64,000 bases of DNA, taken from Neoconidiobolus thromboides FSU 785 (lineage: Eukaryota > Fungi > Entomophthoromycota). The stretch spans positions 10,918 through 74,917 of the forward strand of contig MU626365.1 of assembly GCA_025603075.1 (NCBI GenBank), written 5' to 3'. The notes beneath the pieces are model-generated. The model searched no databases. It had not been told where the DNA came from and worked only from the letters and a program-made list of their open reading frames with translations. Made by a program: the position numbers and the translations under genes. How positions within the stretch are numbered: the first letter of the stretch is position 1; each line of letters opens with the position of its first letter. Positions 1-11,774 of this stretch are shown one piece after another.

Positions 1-249
1 TCCTACAAATAAATGAATTAAACATGAATCAATTTGATGCAGGATCTTTTTAGTTTTAAAAACAGAATCTGATTAAATATAGTAGGTATTTTTGTTAGAT
101 CTAAGTTTTATAATAAATTTAATAACAATAATATTAAAATTAGATATAACATATTTAAGCAGCTTATAATAATTAAATATGCTAAAATAAAAAACAGAAA
201 GAGTAATTTTTTTATAAATATAAGGTCAAAAACTTAACTAATTAAAAAT

Positions 250-356
250 GTATGGGGGTGTTTTTTTAGTTTCATTACTTTTCTCTCTTTTTAAGCGCTA
301 TTTGAGTAGAAAAGCTATTAGTAAAATTCTTAAACAAAAAAAATACATCTACATAT
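250..356 (+). mobile_element. MITE family A copy 1 (degenerate; shares ATAT with copy 2)
   Basis: GGGGGTG...CATCTAC termini and the family core TTAAGCGCTATTTGAG; abuts copy 2 through a single ATAT at 353-356. Confidence 0.8.
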
Positions 357-457
357 GGGGCTGTTTTTTTTAGTTTCATTATTTTTCCATTTTTTAAGCG
401 CTATTTGAGTGGAAAGATTGTAGTAAAACTCTTAAATAAAAAAACACATCCCCATAT
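353..457 (+). mobile_element. MITE family A copy 2 (97 bp plus ATAT TSD)
   Basis: ATAT|GGGGCTGTTTTTTTT...AAAAAAACACATCCCC|ATAT; imperfect TIRs; 104/105 identical to the copy at 56024-56128. Confidence 0.9.
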
Positions 458-675
458 GTAAAAATGATACTAAGAAAATATATACTAAGAAAATATATAC
501 TTTTTATAATAATTTTCAAAATATTAGCTTGGTTTAAAGCTTTGATATCTAGTTAAATTATAATAACAATTTAATCTTTATTATTATTATTATTTATATT
601 ATATTTAAAAATAATTAGTCATTAATAATATTTAAATAAAGCTATTGTTATAGTTATAAAAGCTTTTTTAATAAC

Positions 676-781
676 AAATGGAGATGTTTTTTTAACTTCA
701 TTACTTTTTCTATCTCTTGAGCGCTATTTAAGTGGAGAAATTGCTAGTAAAACTCTTAAATATAAAAATACATCTCCAAAT
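676..781 (+). mobile_element. MITE family A copy 3 (AAAT TSD)
   Basis: AAAT|GGAGATG...CATCTCC|AAAT; the direct 4-bp repeat is non-palindromic. Confidence 0.85.
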
Positions 782-933
782 GCTAAATATAAAATTCGAT
801 ATTTAGTATTAAAAAAAATCTATAAAATTTTTTAGTTAGCTATTTATGATAAATTAAAAGTTTTGATTTTATTTACTTAATTTATAAAATCAACATATAT
901 ATATATTTTGCTAGCACTGAACACAGGAAAAAA

Positions 934-1007
934 GCTCGTATGGCGCAATTGGCTAGCGCGTCCGACTGTTAATCGGGAGGTTACTGGTTCGATCCCAGTT
1001 ATGAGCG
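934..1007 (+). tRNA. tRNA-Asn(GTT)
   Basis: Acceptor stem GCTCGTA/TATGAGC, anticodon loop CTGTTAA, GGTTCGATCC T-arm, no intron. Confidence 0.97.
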
Positions 1008-1702
1008 TTTAGAGATATTTTTTCAAGTCCATTCTAATAAAACGTAAGTATAAAAGATTGTTCTTATTACTTATTTAAAATGAAGTTGGGTATAATTATC
1101 TTTTGCTTAGAATTTATATTAGAGTTACTTGTTTAGAAATAGTTTATTGATGGTTATATATATCTTTGAGTTGTTTATAGTAATCTAAAGACTAAAGTAG
1201 GTTTTTTAATGTGGTTGTTACATTGATTACATTTTTAATCCTATTTTAAAAGCGATTGATAATAGGATAGCTAGTAAGGTACTATATATACATGATTTTA
1301 TGATATCAGTAATATGACGGATTACTTTGATCTACTGAGGTTTGAAATGTTTTATAGTATATTTAATAAATAATAAAGCACTATTAATTTTCATACATTA
1401 AACTTAGATTTAGAACTAATGTTAACACAATGGTATATTTGAGTGTAAAACAAAAAATAATCTTTTCAATGAATCTATGTATGTATATTATTTTTATCTA
1501 AATATCATTATCAATATCTACCTCAACTAATTTTACTATCAGCTCTCTATTTAATATTCATTACCTAATTTTAGCTCAACCAATAAAACCAAATTAACTC
1601 AAGTTACGCATATACTTTGATTACACTTCTAAAACTTACAAAACTAAAATTTATAAAAACTACTCTTCTCTACCAACAAAAAAAACTAAAAAAAACCTTA
1701 AA

Positions 1703-4146
1703 ATGAGCGATAAATCAACGAATCGATCTAGTATAGACCCAATGGATTTAACTTCTATATTAAAAAAAGAACGAAGTGAAGCAACCACATCTTTAGAGCA
1801 AATCAATGTCACCAGTTCTTTACTCGAAAATATTAATACGGATTCTAATTCTATTATAGATGCTTCAGTGCCTATATCCCTGTCCCGACCATTATCAGCA
1901 CATTCTTTGTTATCACATAAATACCCAGGTCAAATATCCAGAACTCAATCTTTAAAAGATGGTTTATCTCCTAGGATGTTAACTAATGATATAAAACGTC
2001 GGCCTTCTTCTAGACAATCATTAGCATCGATGGTAACCTTACAATTGTTTTTAAATAAAAACAATAACGAAGAAGCAATGTCTGGTAAGTGAATTAATAT
2101 TTTTTATTAGATCTGAGAAGTTTTTCCTTTATAAAATAAATAGCAGTTATTTATTTTTGAAATTTAGATAATTATTCAGAAGGAAGTAAAAGAAACACAT
2201 TGATTGAGGAGCGAAATAGCACTATTGAATCTCCCAAAGGACTAGCTTTTGAAAACGAAGAATTAGAGCAAAGTCCTGAGTTTCAACAAAATCAAATTGA
2301 GGCTATTGAAGAAGAAGACGTTAATTTTGAGCAGGAAATGTTAGATAATGCTAGTTTATTAGAACAACTTAATAATAGTAATAAGGAAGAAAATAACAAT
2401 ATCAAACAATTGGTATTTAATGATTCGGACGATGATGAACTTTCAGAAGGTGATATTATTGATGGTCCATATCATAGGAGAAAATACGGTGATGAAGGTA
2501 ATAACTTAATATAAGATTTGATAGGAATTAAATTATGAATTTTTTAGATCCTAATTCACACAGTTGGAAAAACCATAAACATCATTTGTTTGTTCTGAGC
2601 TCAGCTGGGAAACCTATTTACACTAGGTAAACTTTATTAGTTTATTACTTTTTGAAATTAAAATTTAATTATTTTAGATATAGTGACGAATCTAAAATGT
2701 CAGAATATATGGGCATTATTCAGGCCATTATTTCATTTTATGTAGACGAAGGAGATTCTATTAGGTGTTATTATTATACAATTGCTAGTTATATATATAT
2801 TTATAATATTTGGTATTAGATCGATAAATTCTACTTCTCATAAAATTATATTTATGCAAAGAGAACCATTATATTTTGTGCTAGTATCAAGGACAAACGA
2901 AAGTGAAGAAATAGTAAATAATAATATTATAATAATTTATGATAATAATATAATAATTTATTTTTTATTTTTTGTTATTAATAGCTAAGAGATTATTTGC
3001 ATTTATATTATCAACAAATAATAAGTACCTTAACATATTCTCAAATACAACGTGTATTTGAAAAGAGTACTAATTTTGATTTGAGGCGGTTATTAAATGG
3101 AACAGAAAGTTTTTTAGATACTTTAATTAAACGTAGTGTTTCATTATCACCTAGCTATTTATTAGAATCTATTAGAAGTGTCAAAATGAATATCAAGCTA
3201 CGATTAAAAATAAGTAAAGCTATTAAACCTTTAGCCATTCAACAATTAGATATTATCTATGTAATATTAGCTAGTAAATATAGATTAGTTCATCTATTAA
3301 GATCTCATAAAGTTAATTTACATCCAATGGATTTACATTTATTATTAAATTTGGTGAATTCTTCACCTGCTTTTCTAAACCTTAATCAAGCCAATTGGGT
3401 TCCTATCTGTTTACCTAGATTTAATAAATCAGGTTATTTATATGCTTTAATATCATTTTTAAATTTGGATCCTCCATTAGTATTGATCATATTATCACCA
3501 TTAAGAGATAAATATGAAGAAATTAAAAAAGTAAATGACATTATCATTCAGGTAAAAAGTTATTATAATCATATATTATCAATATTAATAAATCAATGTT
3601 TTATTATTAGAATTTGAATCATGAAAATCTAATTAATGAAATTTATGAAAGTATTGAAAATGATGCGTTTGATTTAGGTAAATTTAATTTATTGTTATAT
3701 TTTATAAAATTATTTATTTTATTTTGTTAGCTGAAATCGGAATTCCCGGTTTGAGACACTTTATATTTAAATCTAAAAATTTATTCCAATATACCAGTTC
3801 AAGGTTAGAGCCACCATATATATTAAAAAGAGAAAGGAGGAGGTAATTTTTATTATTATTATTATTATTATTATACTAATGTAAATCACATCTAAAATTT
3901 AGATTATTTGAATTATATAAGACTTCTTATTATATAATGAACTCTCGATTTAGAAATATACGTATCTATTTTAATGATAGTGAAACAGAAACAATAGTCA
4001 TTTGGTCTACAAATCAATTTTTATTATTTGCTACATTTACTCCCTTTTTATCTAAAACAACCTTAGTTAATTTGGCTTTAAAGTTAGTTAAATATTTACA
4101 GGCAGATAAGGAACAATTATTTATTACTCAAACTACATTAATTTAA
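1703..4146 (+). CDS. MON1: Vacuolar fusion protein Mon1 (SAND family; Ypt7/Rab7 GEF subunit), multi-exon
   Basis: Spliced exons give KHHLFVLSSAGKPIYTRYSD, MGIIQAIISF, NFDLRRLLNGTE and NWVPICLPRFN, after a Ser-rich/acidic N-terminal extension. Confidence 0.93.
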
Positions 4147-4225
4147 ATATAATAATAATAATAATAATAATATATAAACGATAGGATAATATTAACAATT
4201 ATTATTTATTTATTATTTATTTATT

Positions 4226-5896
4226 TTATTGTTTAAGTAAATGTAATTGATTTTTTAAACTTGGAAATTTCAATTGAATAATTTTTAATTTATTAGCTAA
4301 ATTAGAATCAATTTTTATATCATTATTGATTAAATGCTCTTTAATTAAATAATTTAATAAATTATATTGTTTTTTATTTATAGCTAATGATAATAATGAA
4401 CTTAATTGATATTCATTTTGTAAATCAAATAAATTAAATTTATTTTTTAATATTTGAATTTGTTGATAATTTAAATAAATAAATAATTTACTTATTATAG
4501 ATTTTAATTTAATATCCGCTTCACTATTATATTGTAATAGATAATTATAGGCCATTTCATACTGTTGATGGTAGATTAAATTTTGCAATAATAAACTTAA
4601 AATTGGGTTATTTAGTTGAATATTTTGTATTTTAATTTGTTGTTGATAATAATTAAAAATTTGTAAATATTGGAAATTTAATTTATTACCGTATAGCATA
4701 GTTTGTAATAATTGTTGATTTAATTGAATATTGAAATTAATTAAAAATTGATGAGCTAATAAAAATTCATCATTTAATATTAATCCATATAATAAAGTAT
4801 TAATTACATTAATAAATCTATATTGTTTAATATCATTATAAAAACTTGTTATTGTCTCTATTGTTAATTTATTATCGTTATTTGTATTTTCGTTTTCGTT
4901 GTTATTCTCTTTTAATAATTTAAAATATATTAATAACGATCGATTAATACAACTATCCGTTACATTTGGCCATTGATAGATATCTATTTTTTGAATAAAT
5001 CTACTAAAAACTGACAACTCTAATTTCTTTTTTAACTCATAAATTAACATTCCTTTGTATAGCGTTTGTACTTCTTTTCCTAACATATTTAAACTCTTTT
5101 GATATAATTGATAATTATCTTTCATCTTGTTTCCCATTTCAATTAACTGCTTACTATTATTTTTACTTAAATAACTAAATACCGTTTGTATCAAATCTTT
5201 ATATTGTAGACTATATTTCTCTTCTTGTAATGAGCCCATAGCTAATGTCTTCAGTGTTAATTCTGTAGCCAGTTCTGACTTACATTTTAAATTTAATAGA
5301 ATAAATTTATACAAAAAATGCTGTTTTTTAGTTAAATAGCACCAATAAAAATGCTGATAAAACTTATCTTCTAATAAATTTAAATTTAATTGTTGAGCTA
5401 AATTTATAAAATATAATAATAATTGAAAATTATCACTATCCTTAGAGTCCATGCTTATTAATTGAAAATAAAGTTCATAGAGCTGTTTCTCAACTATCTC
5501 AAGACGCTTCAATTGGGAGGAATAGGCAATGAAACTTTGCGTTAGTTTAATTACTAATTTTGAATTATTAGATAATATACTTAATTTTATAAATTCCAAA
5601 CTGTTATTTTTAATGTTTGCTAAGGGTTCCTCTTTATTATCAATATCCTTATTATCATTGATATTTATTTGTGTTAATGAAATTATTTTTATTATATTTT
5701 TTTGAGTTGGCAATATATTATAAGATGTGAATTTACTGATTTTTTTACTCAACTTTTTGATTGTATTATTACTATAGCCTATCAAACTCGTTTTTGTTTC
5801 TATGCTTCTTTTTACTCTCACTTGGAATTGATAAACCCTAATTGTTGACTTAGGATGAATACTACGTTGAATTTGAGTTTGTAATAAACTACTCAT
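4226..5896 (-). CDS. Intronless 556-aa helical-repeat protein, possibly a degenerate mitochondrial PPR protein
   Basis: Long open frame. Basic, Ser/Thr-rich N-terminus resembles a presequence. PPR-like segments INTLLYGLILNDEFLLAHQFL and ILSLLLQNLIYHQQYEMAYNYL. ORF is likely real; the family call is weak. Confidence 0.55.
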   Translation of the reverse strand: MSSLLQTQIQRSIHPKSTIRVYQFQVRVKRSIETKTSLIGYSNNTIKKLSKKISKFTSYNILPTQKNIIKIISLTQININDNKDIDNKEEPLANIKNNSLEFIKLSILSNNSKLVIKLTQSFIAYSSQLKRLEIVEKQLYELYFQLISMDSKDSDNFQLLLYFINLAQQLNLNLLEDKFYQHFYWCYLTKKQHFLYKFILLNLKCKSELATELTLKTLAMGSLQEEKYSLQYKDLIQTVFSYLSKNNSKQLIEMGNKMKDNYQLYQKSLNMLGKEVQTLYKGMLIYELKKKLELSVFSRFIQKIDIYQWPNVTDSCINRSLLIYFKLLKENNNENENTNNDNKLTIETITSFYNDIKQYRFINVINTLLYGLILNDEFLLAHQFLINFNIQLNQQLLQTMLYGNKLNFQYLQIFNYYQQQIKIQNIQLNNPILSLLLQNLIYHQQYEMAYNYLLQYNSEADIKLKSIISKLFIYLNYQQIQILKNKFNLFDLQNEYQLSSLLSLAINKKQYNLLNYLIKEHLINNDIKIDSNLANKLKIIQLKFPSLKNQLHLLKQ

Positions 5897-6058
5897 TTAA
5901 AAAAGAATTTAAAAAGAGTTAATTTTTTGAGTAATAAAAATGGGAATAAAAGTTGTCGAAAATTTTAATTGCAAAAAGTTTCAATTCAGAGAAAAAGAAA
6001 TCCAACTTAAAATTGTTCAGGATTGAAACTCGAAATTTTACTTTTTAATAAAAATAAA

Positions 6059-7233
6059 ATGTTGAGAATAGTGTAAGTGAGAAATTTAATATTTGATTAT
6101 TCGAATTTAGAATTAATTGACAAATATAATAGTAAACCCAAAAACGCACGTTCTAAGAGAGCTTTAGAAAAACGTGAAGCACAAGTAGTTGAAAATGTGA
6201 AAACATGTCTTTTTGTAAAAGGTAGTAAAACTTCAGAAATAGTCAACAAAGCTTTAAACGATTTAGTAAGTTGATCATCACGCTTTCATTTTTGCCTATA
6301 TAACCAACTAACATCCTCTTATAGTATTTATTGAAGAAACCAGATGCTATAAAATTTAATAAGAAGAATGAGTTAAGACCATTTGAAGATGAAACTAAGC
6401 TTGAGTTTTTATCTAAAAAGAACGATGCCTCTTTAATGTTATTTGGTTCCCATTCAAAAAAAAGACCAGATAACTTAACTTTTGTGACTTTTTTTAATTA
6501 TTGTATCTATGATATGATTGAAGTTGGGATTCAAAAAGCTAAATTTATGGACGAATTTGAGGTAAATTGAATTGATTGAAGTTTACACATCGAAAAATAA
6601 CTAATTAAACCAAAATTTTAATTTAGGGCCTTAAATGTGGTGTTGGTTTAAAACCCAGCTTTCTGTTTAATGGTGAAGAATTTGAACAAGTAGAAGGATA
6701 CATTAAATTCAAAACTCTAATTTTAAATTTCTTTCATGGTAAAGTAGTGGATCGAATTGATTTAGCAGGATTAGAACATGTTATTACAGTTACAGCTAGT
6801 CCAACCAAACAAAATGAAAATGGATTAATTCATTTTAGAGTTTATACTATAAAAACAAAAAAGAGTGGGACTAAATTACCTTATATTGAATTAAATGAAA
6901 TGGGCCCAAGTTTAGATTTTTCAATTCGTAGAGCTAAGTTTGCTGATGAAGAGATGGTTAAACAAGCTCTTAGAGTTCCTAAAGAGTTGAAGGTAAGATT
7001 ATTTGTTTATTTACATCGTTTTTGTAAATATTAATTGTTTATCATTATTATAGCCAAAGAAACAAAAGAATCATGAACATGATGAATTTGGTTCTTTATA
7101 TGGTAAAGTACATATGCAAAAACAAGATTTTGGTAAATTACAAACTCGTAAAATGAAGGGGTTAAAAAAGTCCATTTCGGTACCTGAAGAAGATAATGAA
7201 GAAGATAATGAAGGAGAAGATAATGAAGAATAA
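6059..7233 (+). CDS. RPF2: Ribosome biogenesis Brix-domain protein Rpf2, multi-exon
   Basis: ATG at 6059 and splicing give MLRIVKPKNARSKRALEKRE; also SHSKKRPDNL, ELNEMGPSLDFSIRR and KLQTRKMKGLKK; stop TAA 7231-7233. Confidence 0.95.
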
Positions 7234-7360
7234 TTCCTTTTAAAAAAATAGAACACTTTTTTATATAAAATAAAAAGAGAAATAGATATTAGTTTATTTT
7301 ATAATTATATTAATAAAATTGGAAGTGATTAATGAATTGAATTGTTCTTGTTTTTATTTT

Positions 7361-8796
7361 TTAATAGTATTGTCCTTGTAAATGATAACTTTTTTTTAAT
7401 GGCAGTGGATCTTCAGGTGCAAAGGAAGGAGTATAATATAATAGATTTAAATTAGGATAATTAATTGTAAATAATGGCTTTTGAATAGGTAAGTTGAAAT
7501 CAAGTATATCATTTGTTTCATTATTCCACTATAAAAATAATAATTAATAAAAATAAAATAAAACAATAAACATTTACTAAACTTTCCAGTTTGTTAATTT
7601 TTAATAGTTTTAATTTTAAATATCTAGAATGTTGTAAATGAGCTTCTAAATCCACAATATCATTCTTCTTTTCAATTAATTTAAACCTCTTCTTTGATTC
7701 ATTGATATAGTCTAAAGCTTTATTTTCTTTAATATTAATTAAACATTCCGACTTCATTAAAAGACCAATAAAAAAGTGGGTTAAATTAACAATCGTTTGT
7801 TGTGATGATGATTCTTTAATTATTTGCTTACAGTTGTTTAATCTTTCTATTATATAAGTTACAATAATCTTTCCATTAGTAGGGGTTAATTGTAAGCTAT
7901 TCAAAGAAGCATGGTAGAGTGAGAGACTAAAATTAAATATTCAAAATTTAAAATCAAGTAAAACAATATAAATACTTACTTCATAAATAATTCCCCATAA
8001 TTTTTAATAGCTTTAATAATCGTTCTTTCTTCTCCTTCTTCTATTATCTCTAATTTACTTAAATAAAAATAAATCTCAGCCGATTTTTGATGTCGTTTTA
8101 AATTCTAGAGAATAATAATTAATTATTGATGGTTTTATAAATCAACAGAAACTTACAATATCTAATCCTTCGTTGTGAGTTGTATTGGTACCCCACAAAA
8201 ACAATAAATCTGCTAAAGTAATTAAGATGAAATAACTAAATAATTTTAAAGATTGAAATTTATATGTAACATCATTCTTTGATTTGGGATCTATTTTTAA
8301 TTGATATTGGATTTCTATTAGTGGATTAAAATTATGTTATGAAGGTTAATAATATAAATTACCTTTTTCAATAGATAATTCAATCACTTGCTCTTCTTTT
8401 AAAAAGTCTAATTGCTTGATTATGTAAAGCAGAGTAGTGAGTAACTAGTAAAAGACATAAATAAGATAAAATATAAAACAAATAAGATAAAATAATTACA
8501 TCAAACACCAATTCATAGTTTAAAATAATTTGATTTAATTGAAAATGAAGTTTACTTATTGTTTGTTCTAGATGGTTGATTAATTGAATGGGTGAAATAT
8601 GTATATAAATGGTTGGATAATTTTTGGATAATTTTAGAACATCAATCTCTTTCTTTAATTTCCATTGAACATTAATATCACCATGAAATCTACTTATCTC
8701 TGTTTTGATATAAGGTAACTCACTAAGTTTAAATGGCTCTAGATCTAAACTTGAATATTCTACTTTATATTCTTTTTTTTGCTTTAATTTAAACAT
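7361..8796 (-). CDS. BRO1-like domain protein, probable PalC/Rim23 family (pH signalling, ESCRT-III adaptor), multi-exon
   Basis: Spliced product has BRO1-like segments (LNYELVFDLLTTL; LKRHQKSAEIFIYL) and ends YYTPSFAPEDPLP...GQYY*. The di-aromatic C-terminus is as described for PalC. Confidence 0.55.
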
Positions 8797-8950
8797 TTTT
8801 TTAAAAAATTAATAAGAAATGTAATAAAAATCAAATTGGAATTGGAATTACGTTTAATTAAAAATTTAGAACAAATTATCAATTTTTTTATTAAAATAAT
8901 TATTGCAAAAGTAGTTAATGTTGTGTTTATGTATTAAAAAGGGTATGTAT

Positions 8951-8984
8951 TTAATCTCTCATTTCATTTGTTATATAACTATCA

Positions 8985-9017
<33 letters not shown>

Positions 9018-10463
9018 GATGAATCAGTATCAAAATAACTTTCTTTTTTTAAATTTTTAGGCCATAGCCCCTGTTTCATAACTTTATCAACATAACATAA
9101 ATCAGGATGTAAGTCATCCAATTCATCTGCCTTTGCATTAGTATTATCATCTAAAAATCCCTGGATATCTTTTGGAACTTCTTGCATTTGTACTGAGGGA
9201 GAAAATTCAATTTTTTTTAAATATTCTAAACATTTAATTCTTATCTTTTCCAAATAACTTTTTGTATTTAAGTTCTCTTTTTTCCCCGTTAATTTAGGAT
9301 GTAGGGAATGATCTGGTCCAAAAAAATTATAATAAGGGGAATCTTTTGGTAATTGATTAGGTAATTGAGTATCTGTAGCAATAGCTGTTTCATAAGTCCA
9401 ACATCTAGATACATTTCTAATAGTATAACCCCCACCACCTAATAGCACTAGAGGTATATTAAACGATTTAACAAATCGAACACATTCACCATGAGCAATA
9501 ATAGATAAATTAAAACAACCTAATCTATCCAAACCTAACGAATCAGTACCACATTGTAATACAATAGCCGTAGGTTGATATCTTTCAATTGTTGCTCCAA
9601 TTATACTTTTAAATAAAAACAAATATGAAGCATCATCAATGCCATCTTTTAAAGGTACATTTAAAGAATAACCAGTACCCAAATTAACTCCAACTTCTGA
9701 AGAGCTACCTGTACCTGGAAAAAAATCATTACCATATTTATGAAATGAAACTGTCATTACTCGATCTGAATTATAAAATGCTTCTTGTACACCATCCCCA
9801 TGATGTACATCAATATCAATATATAATACTCGTGAATAAAATCGTAATAGTTGTAAAATACACAAAACTATATCATTTACATAACAAAACCCAGAAGCAT
9901 TCCATTTCTTTGCATGATGTAAACCACCAGACCAATTAATAGCTATATCCGCTCCGCCACTAATTAATTTTCTTGCAGCAGCTAAAGAAGCTCCAGTATA
10001 ATAAGAACAAAAATCAAATAAGCCTTCAAAGGCGGGGTTGTCTCCTTGGTGGCCACCTAGGTTAAATTTTTCTAATACTTTACCCATGCTTGAGGCGTTT
10101 TCAGGAGTTACTCTTAATTATAAATTTAAATAAAATTAATCCATTTAATAAAGAATATTATTACCTTTTTAAAAAATCAACATAATCAATGGTATGAAAT
10201 TCTTTCATTTCTTCATCAGTAGCTTTTCTAGGTTGATACATATCCAATTTTTCATGTAAATCATAACGTAATACTAAATCATTTGTTAAAGCTAAACGAT
10301 GAGGTTTCATTGGATGGTATTCCTATTTTATTGTTACTTTTTGTTTTTTCTCAAATTGAAATTGTAGTTTATTTACCCCATAATGAAAATTACCAACTTC
10401 TTCGCTATGAAAATAAGATACCCGCGATTTGCTATGACTAGCAACTAGATTAACATAATTCAT
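8951..10463 (-). CDS. HOS2: Class I histone deacetylase, Hos2/HDAC3-like
   Basis: [56 protein letters not shown] and GGGGYT motifs; acidic tail; two 5' introns. Confidence 0.9.
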
Positions 10464-10891
10464 TTAAAATAAAAGATGAGTTGAATTTTTATTTTTTAAG
10501 TTGTTTAAATTGAAAAGGTTGATTGGGTGAAGAAATTTTATTACTGTAGATTTAAAAGATGCTATATTTTATTACTATGATTTATTAGAATATCAATAAT
10601 AGATAGATGTTAATAATTTTTAATATTTCATTTTTCTATACTTATATTAAATATAGTATTATCGTATATTAAAATTGATAATTTTTAAATTAATAAATAA
10701 CCTTAAAGTAAATTTATAAACATAGATATTTAAAAGTTTGATGAATATGTAAAACTATAGAATGAAAAATAAAGTAATCATCAAATTATTCTATAGCTAA
10801 TACTTCAAACAAAAAGTTACAATTAGATACTATATATTACTAGTTGTTTTAATAATGGGGACTCAATCAATAAATATATTAATCCCGAGTA

Positions 10892-10965
10892 CGCTCATAA
10901 CTGGGATCGAACCAGTAACCTCCCGATTAACAGTCGGACGCGCTAGCCAATTGCGCCATACGAGC
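10892..10965 (-). tRNA. tRNA-Asn(GTT)
   Basis: Exact reverse complement of 934-1007. Confidence 0.97.
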
Positions 10966-11321
10966 CTATCTGTTTTTTCAGTTTTTTTTAAATAAATATA
11001 AAGTTATTTTGATTTAACTTGATTAATTATTAGAGGAGATACTATTTTATTAATTACATTTTAGATATAGCTATTAATTATTTTGAATATAAGATCCAAT
11101 ATAATGGATGAATTAGTAAACATAGTTTTTGTGTTAAAGTTTCTAGTTTTTTGATAGGATTCTTAAGCTTGTTTCAATTAATTTTAAGTTTTAATAAAGT
11201 TTTAGAATAATCCCTTTTAATTAAATCCTATGTAAAAAATTTAATACTGGTAAAAATTTTAATTCATTTTATAAAATTGTATAAATCTACATAATTTCAA
11301 AACTCAAATAAAAAATAGCGA

Positions 11322-11378
11322 TTATCTTATCTTATTTGACCTTAATCTCAAAACATAGGATAAACTTAGATAAGATAA
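11322..11378. promoter_or_regulatory. Cluster of five GATAA sites upstream of the fungalysin gene
   Basis: TTATCTTATC at 11322-11331, GATAA at 11359 and GATAAGATAA at 11369-11378; the outer pairs are inverted relative to each other. Confidence 0.45.
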
Positions 11379-11774
11379 CCCCACTTTATAAGCAAATACC
11401 CTCAATTTTAACATCCACCATTATACAATATGACTAATTTCATAAATTTTTAAGACCAATCTAAGCATAATAAGCATAATCATGCTGATGCTCATTTTTA
11501 ATTTTATTTCAACCCCAACCCCTTAATTAATTTGAAGCCAAAATAAAGAATAGTTAAAAAAAGAATAAAAGTTGATAAATAAAAAGAATAAAAGTCAATA
11601 AATGATTGGTTTTGATTCTCCATAAGTTTCAATTAATTTTAAAATAATTTTTAAATGTTATAAAGGATAAAAGAATATATAATAAATCCGCGATTAGTTT
11701 TTGAATTTAGTTTTTGAATTCAGTTTTTTTCTATTCCTTTATATCTCTCTTTTTCTTCGTCCCTCTCTTTATCA

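Noticed and set aside
467-500. Short tandem duplications (ATACTAAGAAAATAT x2; also about 11548-11600 and 11695-11730) and (AAT)n tracts
   Set aside because: These are ordinary slippage repeats in AT-rich DNA; there is no spacer structure, so they are not CRISPR-like.
2782-2988. 68-aa ORF and other ORF-track pieces within genes
   Set aside because: These are exon plus intron read-through fragments of MON1 (likewise for RPF2, COY1, RPN2, ERG12 and PBS2), not separate genes.
7071-7256. Antisense ORFs (7071-7256, 9745-9939, 14001-14189, 18683-18919, 19264-19491, 23990-24181, 28964-29236, 43493-43684)
   Set aside because: They are shadows on the opposite strand of confident genes, with no independent motifs.
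9000-10087. HOS2 GDNP in place of the usual DCP
   Set aside because: The key Asp and all catalytic and zinc residues are intact; a single substitution is not enough to claim altered function.
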